From the human T2T-CHM13v2.0 reference genome, Homo sapiens, in NCBI RefSeq assembly GCF_009914755.1, contig NC_060941.1: 64,000 nt of DNA; one strand, 5' to 3'. Below are positions 25,701 through 40,700 of this stretch, piece after piece. The translations under genes were made by a program, and so were the position numbers. Numbering within the stretch: the stretch's first letter is position 1; the number at the start of each line of letters is the position of its first letter. The notes below the pieces were generated by a model that saw only the letters and a list, made by a program, of their open reading frames with translations, was not told the DNA's origin and did no database searches.

Positions 25701-28700
25701 TTCGTGATGTTTGCATTCAACTCACAGTGCTGAACCTTTCTTTGATAGTTCAGCTTTGAAACACTCTTTTTGTAGAAACTGCAAGTGGATATTTGGTCCT
25801 CTCTGAGGATTTCGTTGGAAACGGGATAAACTGCACAGAACTAAACAGAAGCATTCTCAGAACCTTCTTCGTGATGTCTGCATTCAACTCACAGTGTGGA
25901 ACCTTTCTTTGATAGTTCAGGTTTGAAACACTCTTTTTGTAGAAACTGCAAGGGGATAATTGCACTCTTTGAGGAGTACCGTAGTAAAGGAAATAACTTC
26001 CTATAAAAAGAAGACAGAAGCTTTCTCAGAAAATTCTTTGGGATGATTGAGTTGAACTCACAGAGCTGAGCATTCCTTGCGATGTAGCAGTTTAGAAACA
26101 CACTTTCTGCAGAATCTGCAAGTGCATATTTGGACCTCTGTGAGGAATTCGTTGGAAACGGGATAATTTCAGCTGACTAAACAGAAGCAGTCTCAGAATC
26201 TTCTTTGTGATGTTTGCATTCAAATCCCCGAGTTGAACTTTCCTTTCAAAGTTCACGTTTGAAACACTCTTTTTGCAGGATCTACAAGTGGATATTTGGA
26301 CCACTCTGTGTCCTTCGTTCGAAACGGGTATATCTTCACATGACATCCAGACAGAAGCATCCTCAGAAGCTTCTCTGTGATGACTGCATTCAACTCACGG
26401 AGTTGAACACTCCTTTTGAGAGCGCAGTTTTGAAACTCTCTTTCTGTGGCATCTGCAAGGGGACATGTAGACCTCTTTGAAGATTTCGTTGGAAACGGAA
26501 TCATCTTCACATAAAAACTATACAGATGCATTCTCAGGAACTTTTTGGTGATGTTTGTATTCAACTCCCAGAGTTGAACTTTCCTTTGGAAAGAGCAGCT
26601 ATGAAACACTGTTTTTCTAGAATCTGCAAGTGGACGTTTGGAGGGCTTTGTGGTTTGTGGTGGAAAAGGAAATATCTTCACCTAAATACTAGATAGAAGC
26701 ATTCTCAGAAACTGCTTTGTGATGATTGCATTCACCTCACAGAGTTGAACATTCCTATTGATAGAGCAGTTTGGAAACACTCTTGTTGTGGAATGTGCAA
26801 GTGGAGATTTGGAGCGCTTTGAGGCCTATGGTAGTAAAGGGAATAGCTTCATAGAAAAACTAGACAGAAGCATTCTCAGAAAATACTTTGTGATGATTGA
26901 GTTTAACTCACAGAGCTGAACATTCCTTTGGATGGAGCAGGTTTGAGACACACCTTTTGTAGAATCTACAAGTGGATATTTGGACCTCTCTGAGGATTTC
27001 GTTGGAAACGGGATAACTGCACCTAACTAAACGGAAGCATTCTCAGAAACTTCTTGGTGATGTTTGCATTCAAATCCCAGAGTTGAACCTTCCTTTGATA
27101 GTTCAGGTTTGAAACACTCTTTTTGTAGGATCTGCAAGTGGATATTTGGACCACTCTGTGGCCTTCGTTCGAAACGGGTATATCTTCGCATAAAATCTAG
27201 ACAGAAGCCTTCTCAGAAACTTCTCTGTGATGATTGCATTCAACTCACAGAGTTGAACCCTCCTATGGATAGAGCAGTGTTGAAACTCTCTTTTTGTGGA
27301 ATCTGCAAGTGGATATGTGGACCTCTCCGAAGATGTCTTTGGAAACGGGAATATCTTCACATAAAAACTAAACAGAAGCATTCTCAGAAACTTCTCTGTG
27401 ATGTTTGTGTTCAACTCCCAGAGTTTCACATTGCTTTTCATAGAGTAGTTCTGAAACATGCTTTTCGTAGTGTCTACAAGTGGACATTTGGAGCGCTTTC
27501 AGGCCTGTGGTGGAAAACGAATTATGGTCACATAAAAACTGGAGAGAAGCATTGTCAGAAACTTCTTTGTGATGATTGCATTCAACTCACAGAGTTGAAG
27601 GTTCCTTTTCAAAGAGCAGTTTCCAATCACTCTTTGTGTGGAATCTGCAAGTGGATATTTGGACCTATTTTGAAGATTTCGTTGGAAACGGGAGAATCTT
27701 CACAGGAAAGCTAAACAGAAGCATTCTCAGAAACTTCTTTGTGATGCTTGCATTCAACTCACAGAGTTGAACTTTCCTTTCGAGAGAGAAGCTTTGAAAC
27801 ACTCTTTTTCCAGAATCTGCAAGTGGACATTTGGAGGGCTTTGAGGCCTGTGGTGGAAAAGGAATTATCTTCCCGTAAAAGCTAGATAGAAGCATTCTCA
27901 GAAACTACTTTGTGATGATTGCATTCAAGTCACAGAGTTGAACATTCCCTTTGACAGAGCAGTTTGGAAACTCTCTTTGTGTAGAATCTGCAAGTGGAGA
28001 TATGGACCGCTTTGAGGCCTATGGTAGTAAAGGAAATAGCTTCATATAAAAGCTAGACAGTAGCATTCACAGAAAACTCTTGGTGACGACTGAGTTTAAC
28101 TCACAGAGCTGAACATTCCTTTGGATGGAGCAGTTTCGAAACACACTATTTGTAGAATGTGCAAGTGGATATTTAGGCCTCTCTGAGGATTTCGTTGGAA
28201 ACGGGATAAACCGCACAGAACTAAACAGAAGCATTCTCAGAACCTTCTTCGTGATGTTTGCATTCAACTCACAGTGTTGAACCTTTCTTTGATAGTTCAG
28301 GTTTGAAACGGTCTTTCTGTAGAAACTGCAAGTAGATATTTGGACCTCTCTGAGGATTTCGTTGGAAACGGGATAACCCGCACAGAACTAAAACAGAAGC
28401 ATTCTCAGAACCCTCTTCGTGATGTTTGCATTCAACTCACAGTGCTGAACCTTTCTTTGATAGTTCAGCTTTGAAACACTCTTTTTGTAGAAACTGCAAG
28501 TGGATATTTGGTCCTCTCTGAGCATTTCGTTGGAAACGGGATAAACTGCACAGAACTAAACAGAAGCATTCTCAGAACCTTCTTCGTGATGTCTGCATTC
28601 AACTCACAGTGTGGAACCTTTCTTTGATAGTTCAGGTTTGAAACACTCTTTTTGTAGAAACTGCAAGGGGATAATTGCACTCTTTGAGGAGTACCGTAGT

Positions 28701-31700
28701 AAAGGAAATAACTTCCTATAAAAAGAAGACAGAAGCTTTCTCAGAAAATTCTTTGGGATGATTGAGTTGAACTCACAGAGCTGAGCATTCCTTGCGATGT
28801 AGCAGTTTAGAAACACACTTTCTGCAGAATCTGCAAGTGCATATTTGGACCTCTGTGAGGAATTCGTTGGAAACGGGATAATTTCAGCTGACTAAACAGA
28901 AGCAGTCTCAGAATCTTCTTTGTGATGTTTGCATTCAAATCCCCGAGTTGAACTTTCCTTTCAAAGTTCACGTTTGAAACACTCTTTTTGCAGGATCTAC
29001 AAGTGGATATTTGGACCACTCTGTGTCCTTCGTTCGAAACGGGTATATCTTCACATGACATCTAGACAGAAGCATCCTCAGAAGCTTCTCTGTGATGACT
29101 GCATTCAACTCACGGAGTTGAACACTCCTTTTGAGAGCGCAGTTTTGAAACTCTCTTTCTGTGGCATCTGCAAGGGGACATGTAGACCTCTTTGAAGATT
29201 TCGTTGGAAACGGAATCATCTTCACATAAAAACTATACAGATGCATTCTCAGGAACTTTTTGGTGATGTTTGTATTCAACTCCCAGAGTTGAACTTTCCT
29301 TTGGAAAGAGCAGCTATGAAACACTCTTTTTCTAGAATCTGCAAGTGGACGTTTGGAGGGCTTTGTGGTTTGTGGTGGAAAAGGAAATATCTTCACCTAA
29401 ATACTAGATAGAAGCATTCTCAGAAACTGCTTTGTGATGATTGCATTCACCTCACAGAGTTGAACATTCCTATTGATAGAGCAGTTTGGAAACACTCTTG
29501 TTGTGGAATGTGCAAGTGGAGATTTGGAGCGCTTTGAGGCCTATGGTAGTAAAGGGAATAGCTTCATAGAAAAACTAGACAGAAGCATTCTCAGAAAATA
29601 CTTTGTGATGATTGAGTTTAACTCACAGAGCTGAACATTCCTTTGGATGGAGCAGGTTTGAGACACACCTTTTGTAGAATCTACAAGTGGATATTTGGAC
29701 CTCTCTGAGGATTTCGTTGGAAACGGGATAACTGCACCTAACTAAACGGAAGCATTCTCAGAAACTTCTTGGTGATGTTTGCATTCAAATCCCAGAGTTG
29801 AACCTTCCTTTGATAGTTCAGGTTTGAAACACTCTTTTTGTAGGATCTGCAAGTGGATATTTGGACCACTCTGTGGCCTTCGTTCGAAACGGGTATATCT
29901 TCGCATAAAATCTAGACAGAAGCCTTCTCAGAAACTTCTCTGTGATGATTGCATTCAACTCACAGAGTTGAACCCTCCTATGGATAGAGCAGTGTTGAAA
30001 CTCTCTTTTTGTGGAATCTGCAAGTGGATATGTGGACCTCTCCGAAGATGTCTTTGGAAACGGGAATATCTTCACATAAAAACTAAACAGAAGCATTCTC
30101 AGAAACTTCTCTGTGATGTTTGTGTTCAACTCCCAGAGTTTCACATTGCTTTTCATAGAGTAGTTCTGAAACATGCTTTTCGTAGTGTCTACAAGTGGAC
30201 ATTTGGAGCGCTTTCAGGCCTGTGGTGGAAAACGAATTATGGTCACATAAAAACTGGAGAGAAGCATTGTCAGAAACTTCTTTGTGATGATTGCATTCAA
30301 CTCACAGAGTTGAAGGTTCCTTTTCAAAGAGCAGTTTCCAATCACTCTTTGTGTGGAATCTGCAAGTGGATATTTGGACCTATTTTGAAGATTTCGTTGG
30401 AAACGGGAGAATCTTCACAGGAAAGCTAAACAGAAGCATTCTCAGAAACTTCTTTGTGATGCTTGCATTCAACTCACAGAGTTGAACTTTCCTTTCGAGA
30501 GAGAAGCTTTGAAACACTCTTTTTCCAGAATCTGCAAGTGGACATTTGGAGGGCTTTGAGGCCTGTGGTGGAAAAGGAATTATCTTCCCGTAAAAGCTAG
30601 ATAGAAGCATTCTCAGAAACTACTTTGTGATGATTGCATTCAAGTCACAGAGTTGAACATTCCCTTTGACAGAGCAGTTTGGAAACTCTCTTTGTGTAGA
30701 ATCTGCAAGTGGAGATATGGACCGCTTTGAGGCCTATGGTAGTAAAGGAAATAGCTTCATATAAAAGCTAGACAGTAGCATTCACAGAAAACTCTTGGTG
30801 ACGACTGAGTTTAACTCACAGAGCTGAACATTCCTTTGGATGGAGCAGTTTCGAAACACACTATTTGTAGAATGTGCAAGTGGATATTTAGGCCTCTCTG
30901 AGGATTTCGTTGGAAACGGGATAAACCGCACAGAACTAAACAGAAGCATTCTCAGAACCTTCTTCGTGATGTTTGCATTCAACTCACAGTGTTGAACCTT
31001 TCTTTGATAGTTCAGGTTTGAAACGGTCTTTCTGTAGAAACTGCAAGTAGATATTTGGACCTCTCTGAGGATTTCGTTGGAAACGGGATAACCCGCACAG
31101 AACTAAAACAGAAGCATTCTCAGAACCCTCTTCGTGATGTTTGCATTCAACTCACAGTGCTGAACCTTTCTTTGATAGTTCAGCTTTGAAACACTCTTTT
31201 TGTAGAAACTGCAAGTGGATATTTGGTCCTCTCTGAGCATTTCGTTGGAAACGGGATAAACTGCACAGAACTAAACAGAAGCATTCTCAGAACCTTCTTC
31301 GTGATGTCTGCATTCAACTCACAGTGTGGAACCTTTCTTTGATAGTTCAGGTTTGAAACACTCTTTTTGTAGAAACTGCAAGGGGATAATTGCACTCTTT
31401 GAGGAGTACCGTAGTAAAGGAAATAACTTCCTATAAAAAGAAGACAGAAGCTTTCTCAGAAAATTCTTTGGGATGATTGAGTTGAACTCACAGAGCTGAG
31501 CATTCCTTGCGATGTAGCAGTTTAGAAACACACTTTCTGCAGAATCTGCAAGTGCATATTTGGACCTCTGTGAGGAATTCGTTGGAAACGGGATAATTTC
31601 AGCTGACTAAACAGAAGCAGTCTCAGAATCTTCTTTGTGATGTTTGCATTCAAATCCCCGAGTTGAACTTTCCTTTCAAAGTTCACGTTTGAAACACTCT

Positions 31701-34700
31701 TTTTGCAGGATCTACAAGTGGATATTTGGACCACTCTGTGTCCTTCGTTCGAAACGGGTATATCTTCACATGACATCTAGACAGAAGCATCCTCAGAAGC
31801 TTCTCTGTGATGACTGCATTCAACTCACGGAGTTGAACACTCCTTTTGAGAGCGCAGTTTTGAAACTCTCTTTCTGTGGCATCTGCAAGGGGACATGTAG
31901 ACCTCTTTGAAGATTTCGTTGGAAACGGAATCATCTTCACATAAAAACTATACAGATGCATTCTCAGGAACTTTTTGGTGATGTTTGTATTCAACTCCCA
32001 GAGTTGAACTTTCCTTTGGAAAGAGCAGCTATGAAACACTCTTTTTCTAGAATCTGCAAGTGGACGTTTGGAGGGCTTTGTGGTTTGTGGTGGAAAAGGA
32101 AATATCTTCACCTAAATACTAGATAGAAGCATTCTCAGAAACTGCTTTGTGATGATTGCATTCACCTCACAGAGTTGAACATTCCTACTGATAGAGCAGT
32201 TTGGAAACACTCTTGTTGTGGAATGTGCAAGTGGAGATTTGGAGCGCTTTGAGGCCTATGGTAGTAAAGGGAATAGCTTCATAGAAAAACTAGACAGAAG
32301 CATTCTCAGAAAATACTTTGTGATGATTGAGTTTAACTCACAGAGCTGAACATTCCTTTGGATGGAGCAGGTTTGAGACACACCTTTTGTAGAATCTACA
32401 AGTGGATATTTGGACCTCTCTGAGGATTTCGTTGGAAACGGGATAACTGCACCTAACTAAACGGAAGCATTCTCAGAAACTTCTTGGTGATGTTTGCATT
32501 CAAATCCCAGAGTTGAACCTTCCTTTGATAGTTCAGGTTTGAAACACTCTTTTTGTAGGATCTGCAAGTGGATATTTGGACCACTCTGTGGCCTTCGTTC
32601 GAAACGGGTATATCTTCGCATAAAATCTAGACAGAAGCCTTCTCAGAAACTTCTCTGTGGTGATTGCATTCAACTCACAGAGTTGAACCCTCCTATGGAT
32701 AGAGCAGTGTTGAAACTCTCTTTTTGTGGAATCTGCAAGTGGATATGTGGACCTCTCCGAAGATGTCTTTGGAAACGGGAATATCTTCACATAAAAACTA
32801 AACAGAAGCATTCTCAGAAACTTCTCTGTGATGTTTGTGTTCAACTCCCAGAGTTTCACATTGCTTTTCATAGAGTAGTTCTGAAACATGCTTTTCGTAG
32901 TGTCTACAAGTGGACATTTGGAGCGCTTTCAGGCCTGTGGTGGAAAACGAATTATGGTCACATAAAAACTGGAGAGAAACATTGTCAGAAACTTCTTTGT
33001 GATGATTGCATTCAACTCACAGAGTTGAAGGTTCCTTTTCAAAGAGCAGTTTCCAATCACTCTTTCTGTGGAATCTGCAAGTGGATATTTGGACCTATTT
33101 TGAAGATTTCGTTGGAAACGGGAGAATCTTCACAGGAAAGCTAAACAGAAGCATTCTCAGAAACTTCTTTGTGATGCTTGCATTCAACTCACAGAGTTGA
33201 ACTTTCCTTTCGAGAGAGAAGCTTTGAAACACTCTTTTTCCAGAATCTGCAAGTGGACATTTGGAGGGCTTTGAGGCCTGTGGTGGAAAAGGAATTATCT
33301 TCCCGTAAAAGCTAGATAGAAGCATTCTCAGAAACTACTTTGTGATGATTGCATTCAAGTCACAGAGTTGAACATTCCCTTTGACAGAGCAGTTTGGAAA
33401 CTCTCTTTGTGTAGAATCTGCAAGTGGAGATATGGACCGCTTTGAGGCCTATGGTAGTAAAGGAAATAGCTTCATATAAAAGCTAGACAGTAGCATTCAC
33501 AGAAAACTCTTGGTGACGACTGAGTTTAACTCACAGAGCTGAACATTCCTTTGGATGGAGCAGTTTCGAAACACACTATTTGTAGAATGTGCAAGTGGAT
33601 ATTTGGGCCTCTCTGAGGATTTCGTTGGAAACGGGATAAACCGCACAGAACTAAACAGAAGCATTCTCAGAACCTTCTTCGTGATGTTTGCATTCAACTC
33701 ACAGTGTTGAACCTTTCTTTGATAGTTCAGGTTTGAAACGGTCTTTCTGTAGAAACTGCAAGTAGATATTTGGACCTCTCTGAGGATTTCGTTGGAAACG
33801 GGATAACCCGCACAGAACTAAAACAGAAGCATTCTCAGAACCCTCTTCGTGATGTTTGCATTCAACTCACAGTGCTGAACCTTTCTTTGATAGTTCAGCT
33901 TTGAAACACTCTTTTTGTAGAAACTGCAAGTGGATATTTGGTCCTCTCTGAGGATTTCGTTGGAAACGGGATAAACTGCACAGAACTAAACAGAAGCATT
34001 CTCAGAACCTTCTTCGTGATGTCTGCATTCAACTCACAGTGTGGAACCTTTCTTTGATAGTTCAGGTTTGAAACACTCTTTTTGTAGAAACTGCAAGGGG
34101 ATAATTGCACTCTTTGAGGAGTACCGTAGTAAAGGAAATAACTTCCTATAAAAAGAAGACAGAAGCTTTCTCAGAAAATTCTTTGGGATGATTGAGTTGA
34201 ACTCACAGAGCTGAGCATTCCTTGCGATGTAGCAGTTTAGAAACACACTTTCTGCAGAATCTGCAAGTGCATATTTGGACCTCTGTGAGGAATTCGTTGG
34301 AAACGGGATAATTTCAGCTGACTAAACAGAAGCAGTCTCAGAATCTTCTTTGTGATGTTTGCATTCAAATCCCCGAGTTGAACTTTCCTTTCAAAGTTCA
34401 CGTTTGAAACACTCTTTTTGCAGGATCTACAAGTGGATATTTGGACCACTCTGTGTCCTTCGTTCGAAACGGGTATATCTTCACATGACATCCAGACAGA
34501 AGCATCCTCAGAAGCTTCTCTGTGATGACTGCATTCAACTCACGGAGTTGAACACTCCTTTTGAGAGCGCAGTTTTGAAACTCTCTTTCTGTGGCATCTG
34601 CAAGGGGACATGTAGACCTCTTTGAAGATTTCGTTGGAAACGGAATCATCTTCACATAAAAACTATACAGATGCATTCTCAGGAACTTTTTGGTGATGTT

Positions 34701-37700
34701 TGTATTCAACTCCCAGAGTTGAACTTTCCTTTGGAAAGAGCAGCTATGAAACACTGTTTTTCTAGAATCTGCAAGTGGACGTTTGGAGGGCTTTGTGGTT
34801 TGTGGTGGAAAAGGAAATATCTTCACCTAAATACTAGATAGAAGCATTCTCAGAAACTGCTTTGTGATGATTGCATTCACCTCACAGAGTTGAACATTCC
34901 TATTGATAGAGCAGTTTGGAAACACTCTTGTTGTGGAATGTGCAAGTGGAGATTTGGAGCGCTTTGAGGCCTATGGTAGTAAAGGGAATAGCTTCATAGA
35001 AAAACTAGACAGAAGCATTCTCAGAAAATACTTTGTGATGATTGAGTTTAACTCACAGAGCTGAACATTCCTTTGGATGGAGCAGGTTTGAGACACACCT
35101 TTTGTAGAATCTACAAGTGGATATTTGGACCTCTCTGAGGATTTCGTTGGAAACGGGATAACTGCACCTAACTAAACGGAAGCATTCTCAGAAACTTCTT
35201 GGTGATGTTTGCATTCAAATCCCAGAGTTGAACCTTCCTTTGATAGTTCAGGTTTGAAACACTCTTTTTGTAGGATCTGCAAGTGGATATTTGGACCACT
35301 CTGTGGCCTTCGTTCGAAACGGGTATATCTTCGCATAAAATCTAGACAGAAGCCTTCTCAGAAACTTCTCTGTGATGATTGCATTCAACTCACAGAGTTG
35401 AACCCTCCTATGGATAGAGCAGTGTTGAAACTCTCTTTTTGTGGAATCTGCAAGTGGATATGTGGACCTCTCCGAAGATGTCTTTGGAAACGGGAATATC
35501 TTCACATAAAAACTAAACAGAAGCATTCTCAGAAACTTCTCTGTGATGTTTGTGTTCAACTCCCAGAGTTTCACATTGCTTTTCATAGAGTAGTTCTGAA
35601 ACATGCTTTTCGTAGTGTCTACAAGTGGACATTTGGAGCGCTTTCAGGCCTGTGGTGGAAAACGAATTATGGTCACATAAAAACTGGAGAGAAGCATTGT
35701 CAGAAACTTCTTTGTGATGATTGCATTCAACTCACAGAGTTGAAGGTTCCTTTTCAAAGAGCAGTTTCCAATCACTCTTTGTGTGGAATCTGCAAGTGGA
35801 TATTTGGACCTATTTTGAAGATTTCGTTGGAAACGGGAGAATCTTCACAGGAAAGCTAAACAGAAGCATTCTCAGAAACTTCTTTGTGATGCTTGCATTC
35901 AACTCACAGAGTTGAACTTTCCTTTCGAGAGAGAAGCTTTGAAACACTCTTTTTCCAGAATCTGCAAGTGGACATTTGGAGGGCTTTGAGGCCTGTGGTG
36001 GAAAAGGAATTATCTTCCCGTAAAAGCTAGATAGAAGCATTCTCAGAAACTACTTTGTGATGATTGCATTCAAGTCACAGAGTTGAACATTCCCTTTGAC
36101 AGAGCAGTTTGGAAACTCTCTTTGTGTAGAATCTGCAAGTGGAGATATGGACCGCTTTGAGGCCTATGGTAGTAAAGGAAATAGCTTCATATAAAAGCTA
36201 GACAGTAGCATTCACAGAAAACTCTTGGTGACGACTGAGTTTAACTCACAGAGCTGAACATTCCTTTGGATGGAGCAGTTTCGAAACACACTATTTGTAG
36301 AATGTGCAAGTGGATATTTAGGCCTCTCTGAGGATTTCGTTGGAAACGGGATAAACCGCACAGAACTAAACAGAAGCATTCTCAGAACCTTCTTCGTGAT
36401 GTTTGCATTCAACTCACAGTGTTGAACCTTTCTTTGATAGTTCAGGTTTGAAACGGTCTTGCTGTAGAAACTGCAAGTAGATATTTGGACCTCTCTGAGG
36501 ATTTCGTTGGAAACGGGATAACCCGCACAGAACTAAAACAGAAGCATTCTCAGAACCCTCTTCGTGATGTTTGCATTCAACTCACAGTGCTGAACCTTTC
36601 TTTGATAGTTCAGCTTTGAAACACTCTTTTTGTAGAAACTGCAAGTGGATATTTGGTCCTCTCTGAGCATTTCGTTGGAAACGGGATAAACTGCACAGAA
36701 CTAAACAGAAGCATTCTCAGAACCTTCTTCGTGATGTCTGCATTCAACTCACAGTGTGGAACCTTTCTTTGATAGTTCAGGTTTGAAACACTCTTTTTGT
36801 AGAAACTGCAAGGGGATAATTGCACTCTTTGAGGAGTACCGTAGTAAAGGAAATAACTTCCTATAAAAAGAAGACAGAAGCTTTCTCAGAAAATTCTTTG
36901 GGATGATTGAGTTGAACTCACAGAGCTGAGCATTCCTTGCGATGTAGCAGTTTAGAAACACACTTTCTGCAGAATCTGCAAGTGCATATTTGGACCTCTG
37001 TGAGGAATTCGTTGGAAACGGGATAATTTCAGCTGACTAAACAGAAGCAGTCTCAGAATCTTCTTTGTGATGTTTGCATTCAAATCCCCGAGTTGAACTT
37101 TCCTTTCAAAGTTCACGTTTGAAACACTCTTTTTGCAGGATCTACAAGTGGATATTTGGACCACTCTGTGTCCTTCGTTCGAAACGGGTATATCTTCACA
37201 TGACATCTAGACAGAAGCATCCTCAGAAGCTTCTCTGTGATGACTGCATTCAACTCACGGAGTTGAACACTCCTTTTGAGAGCGCAGTTTTGAAACTCTC
37301 TTTCTGTGGCATCTGCAAGGGGACATGTAGACCTCTTTGAAGATTTCGTTGGAAACGGAATCATCTTCACATAAAAACTATACAGATGCATTCTCAGGAA
37401 CTTTTTGGTGATGTTTGTATTCAACTCCCAGAGTTGAACTTTCCTTTGGAAAGAGCAGCTATGAAACACTCTTTTTCTAGAATCTGCAAGTGGACGTTTG
37501 GAGGGCTTTGTGGTTTGTGGTGGAAAAGGAAATATCTTCACCTAAATACTAGATAGAAGCATTCTCAGAAACTGCTTTGTGATGATTGCATTCACCTCAC
37601 AGAGTTGAACATTCCTATTGATAGAGCAGTTTGGAAACACTCTTGTTGTGGAATGTGCAAGTGGAGATTTTGAGCGCTTTGAGGCCTATGGTAGTAAAGG

Positions 37701-40700
37701 GAATAGCTTCATAGAAAAACTAGACAGAAGCATTCTCAGAAAATACTTTGTGATGATTGAGTTTAACTCACAGAGCTGAACATTCCTTTGGATGGAGCAG
37801 GTTTGAGACACACCTTTTGTAGAATCTACAAGTGGATATTTGGACCTCTCTGAGGATTTCGTTGGAAACGGGATAACTGCACCTAACTAAACGGAAGCAT
37901 TCTCAGAAACTTCTTGGTGATGTTTGCATTCAAATCCCAGAGTTGAACCTTCCTTTGATAGTTCAGGTTTGAAACACTCTTTTTGTAGGATCTGCAAGTG
38001 GATATTTGGACCACTCTGTGGCCTTCGTTCGAAACGGGTATATCTTCGCATAAAATCTAGACAGAAGCCTTCTCAGAAACTTCTCTGTGATGATTGCATT
38101 CAACTCACAGAGTTGAACCCTCCTATGGATAGAGCAGTGTTGAAACTCTCTTTTTGTGGAATCTGCAAGTGGATATGTGGACCTCTCCGAAGATGTCTTT
38201 GGAAACGGGAATATCTTCACATAAAAACTAAACAGAAGCATTCTCAGAAACTTCTCTGTGATGTTTGTGTTCAACTCCCAGAGTTTCACATTGCTTTTCA
38301 TAGAGTAGTTCTGAAACATGCTTTTCGTAGTGTCTACAAGTGGACATTTGGAGCGCTTTCAGGCCTGTGGTGGAAAACGAATTATGGTCACATAAAAACT
38401 GGAGAGAAGCATTGTCAGAAACTTCTTTGTGATGATTGCATTCAACTCACAGAGTTGAAGGTTCCTTTTCAAAGAGCAGTTTCCAATCACTCTTTGTGTG
38501 GAATCTGCAAGTGGATATTTGGACCTATTTTGAAGATTTCGTTGGAAACGGGAGAATCTTCACAGGAAAGCTAAACAGAAGCATTCTCAGAAACTTCTTT
38601 GTGATGCTTGCATTCAACTCACAGAGTTGAACTTTCCTTTCGAGAGAGAAGCTTTGAAACACTCTTTTTCCAGAATCTGCAAGTGGACATTTGGAGGGCT
38701 TTGAGGCCTGTGGTGGAAAAGGAATTATCTTCCCGTAAAAGCTAGATAGAAGCATTCTCAGAAACTACTTTGTGATGATTGCATTCAAGTCACAGAGTTG
38801 AACATTCCCTTTGACAGAGCAGTTTGGAAACTCTCTTTGTGTAGAATCTGCAAGTGGAGATATGGACCGCTTTGAGGCCTATGGTAGTAAAGGAAATAGC
38901 TTCATATAAAAGCTAGACAGTAGCATTCACAGAAAACTCTTGGTGACGACTGAGTTTAACTCACAGAGCTGAACATTCCTTTGGATGGAGCAGTTTCGAA
39001 ACACACTATTTGTAGAATGTGCAAGTGGATATTTGGGCCTCTCTGAGGATTTCGTTGGAAACGGGATAAACCGCACAGAACTAAACAGAAGCATTCTCAG
39101 AACCTTCTTCGTGATGTTTGCATTCAACTCACAGTGTTGAACCTTTCTTTGATAGTTCAGGTTTGAAACGGTCTTTCTGTAGAAACTGCAAGTAGATATT
39201 TGGACCTCTCTGAGGATTTCGTTGGAAACGGGATAACCCGCACAGAACTAAAACAGAAGCATTCTCAGAACCCTCTTCGTGATGTTTGCATTCAACTCAC
39301 AGTGCTGAACCTTTCTTTGATAGTTCAGCTTTGAAACACTCTTTTTGTAGAAACTGCAAGTGGATATTTGGTCCTCTCTGAGGATTTCGTTGGAAACGGG
39401 ATAAACTGCACAGAACTAAACAGAAGCATTCTCAGAACCTTCTTCGTGATGTCTGCATTCAACTCACAGTGTGGAACCTTTCTTTGATAGTTCAGGTTTG
39501 AAACACTCTTTTTGTAGAAACTGCAAGGGGATAATTGCACTCTTTGAGGAGTACCGTAGTAAAGGAAATAACTTCCTATAAAAAGAAGACAGAAGCTTTC
39601 TCAGAAAATTCTTTGGGATGATTGAGTTGAACTCACAGAGCTGAGCATTCCTTGCGATGTAGCAGTTTAGAAACACACTTTCTGCAGAATCTGCAAGTGC
39701 ATATTTGGACCTCTGTGAGGAATTCGTTGGAAACGGGATAATTTCAGCTGACTAAACAGAAGCAGTCTCAGAATCTTCTTTGTGATGTTTGCATTCAAAT
39801 CCCCGAGTTGAACTTTCCTTTCAAAGTTCACGTTTGAAACACTCTTTTTGCAGGATCTACAAGTGGATATTTGGACCACTCTGTGTCCTTCGTTCGAAAC
39901 GGGTATATCTTCACATGACATCCAGACAGAAGCATCCTCAGAAGCTTCTCTGTGATGACTGCATTCAACTCACGGAGTTGAACACTCCTTTTGAGAGCGC
40001 AGTTTTGAAACTCTCTTTCTGTGGCATCTGCAAGGGGACATGTAGACCTCTTTGAAGATTTCGTTGGAAACGGAATCATCTTCACATAAAAACTATACAG
40101 ATGCATTCTCAGGAACTTTTTGGTGATGTTTGTATTCAACTCCCAGAGTTGAACTTTCCTTTGGAAAGAGCAGCTATGAAACACTCTTTTTCTAGAATCT
40201 GCAAGTGGACGTTTGGAGGGCTTTGTGGTTTGTGGTGGAAAAGGAAATATCTTCACCTAAATACTAGATAGAAGCATTCTCAGAAACTGCTTTGTGATGA
40301 TTGCATTCACCTCACAGAGTTGAACATTCCTATTGATAGAGCAGTTTGGAAACACTCTTGTTGTGGAATGTGCAAGTGGAGATTTGGAGCGCTTTGAGGC
40401 CTATGGTAGTAAAGGGAATAGCTTCATAGAAAAACTAGACAGAAGCATTCTCAGAAAATACTTTGTGATGATTGAGTTTAACTCACAGAGCTGAACATTC
40501 CTTTGGATGGAGCAGGTTTGAGACACACCTTTTGTAGAATCTACAAGTGGATATTTGGACCTCTCTGAGGATTTCGTTGGAAACGGGATAACTGCACCTA
40601 ACTAAACGGAAGCATTCTCAGAAACTTCTTGGTGATGTTTGCATTCAAATCCCAGAGTTGAACCTTCCTTTGATAGTTCAGGTTTGAAACACTCTTTTTG

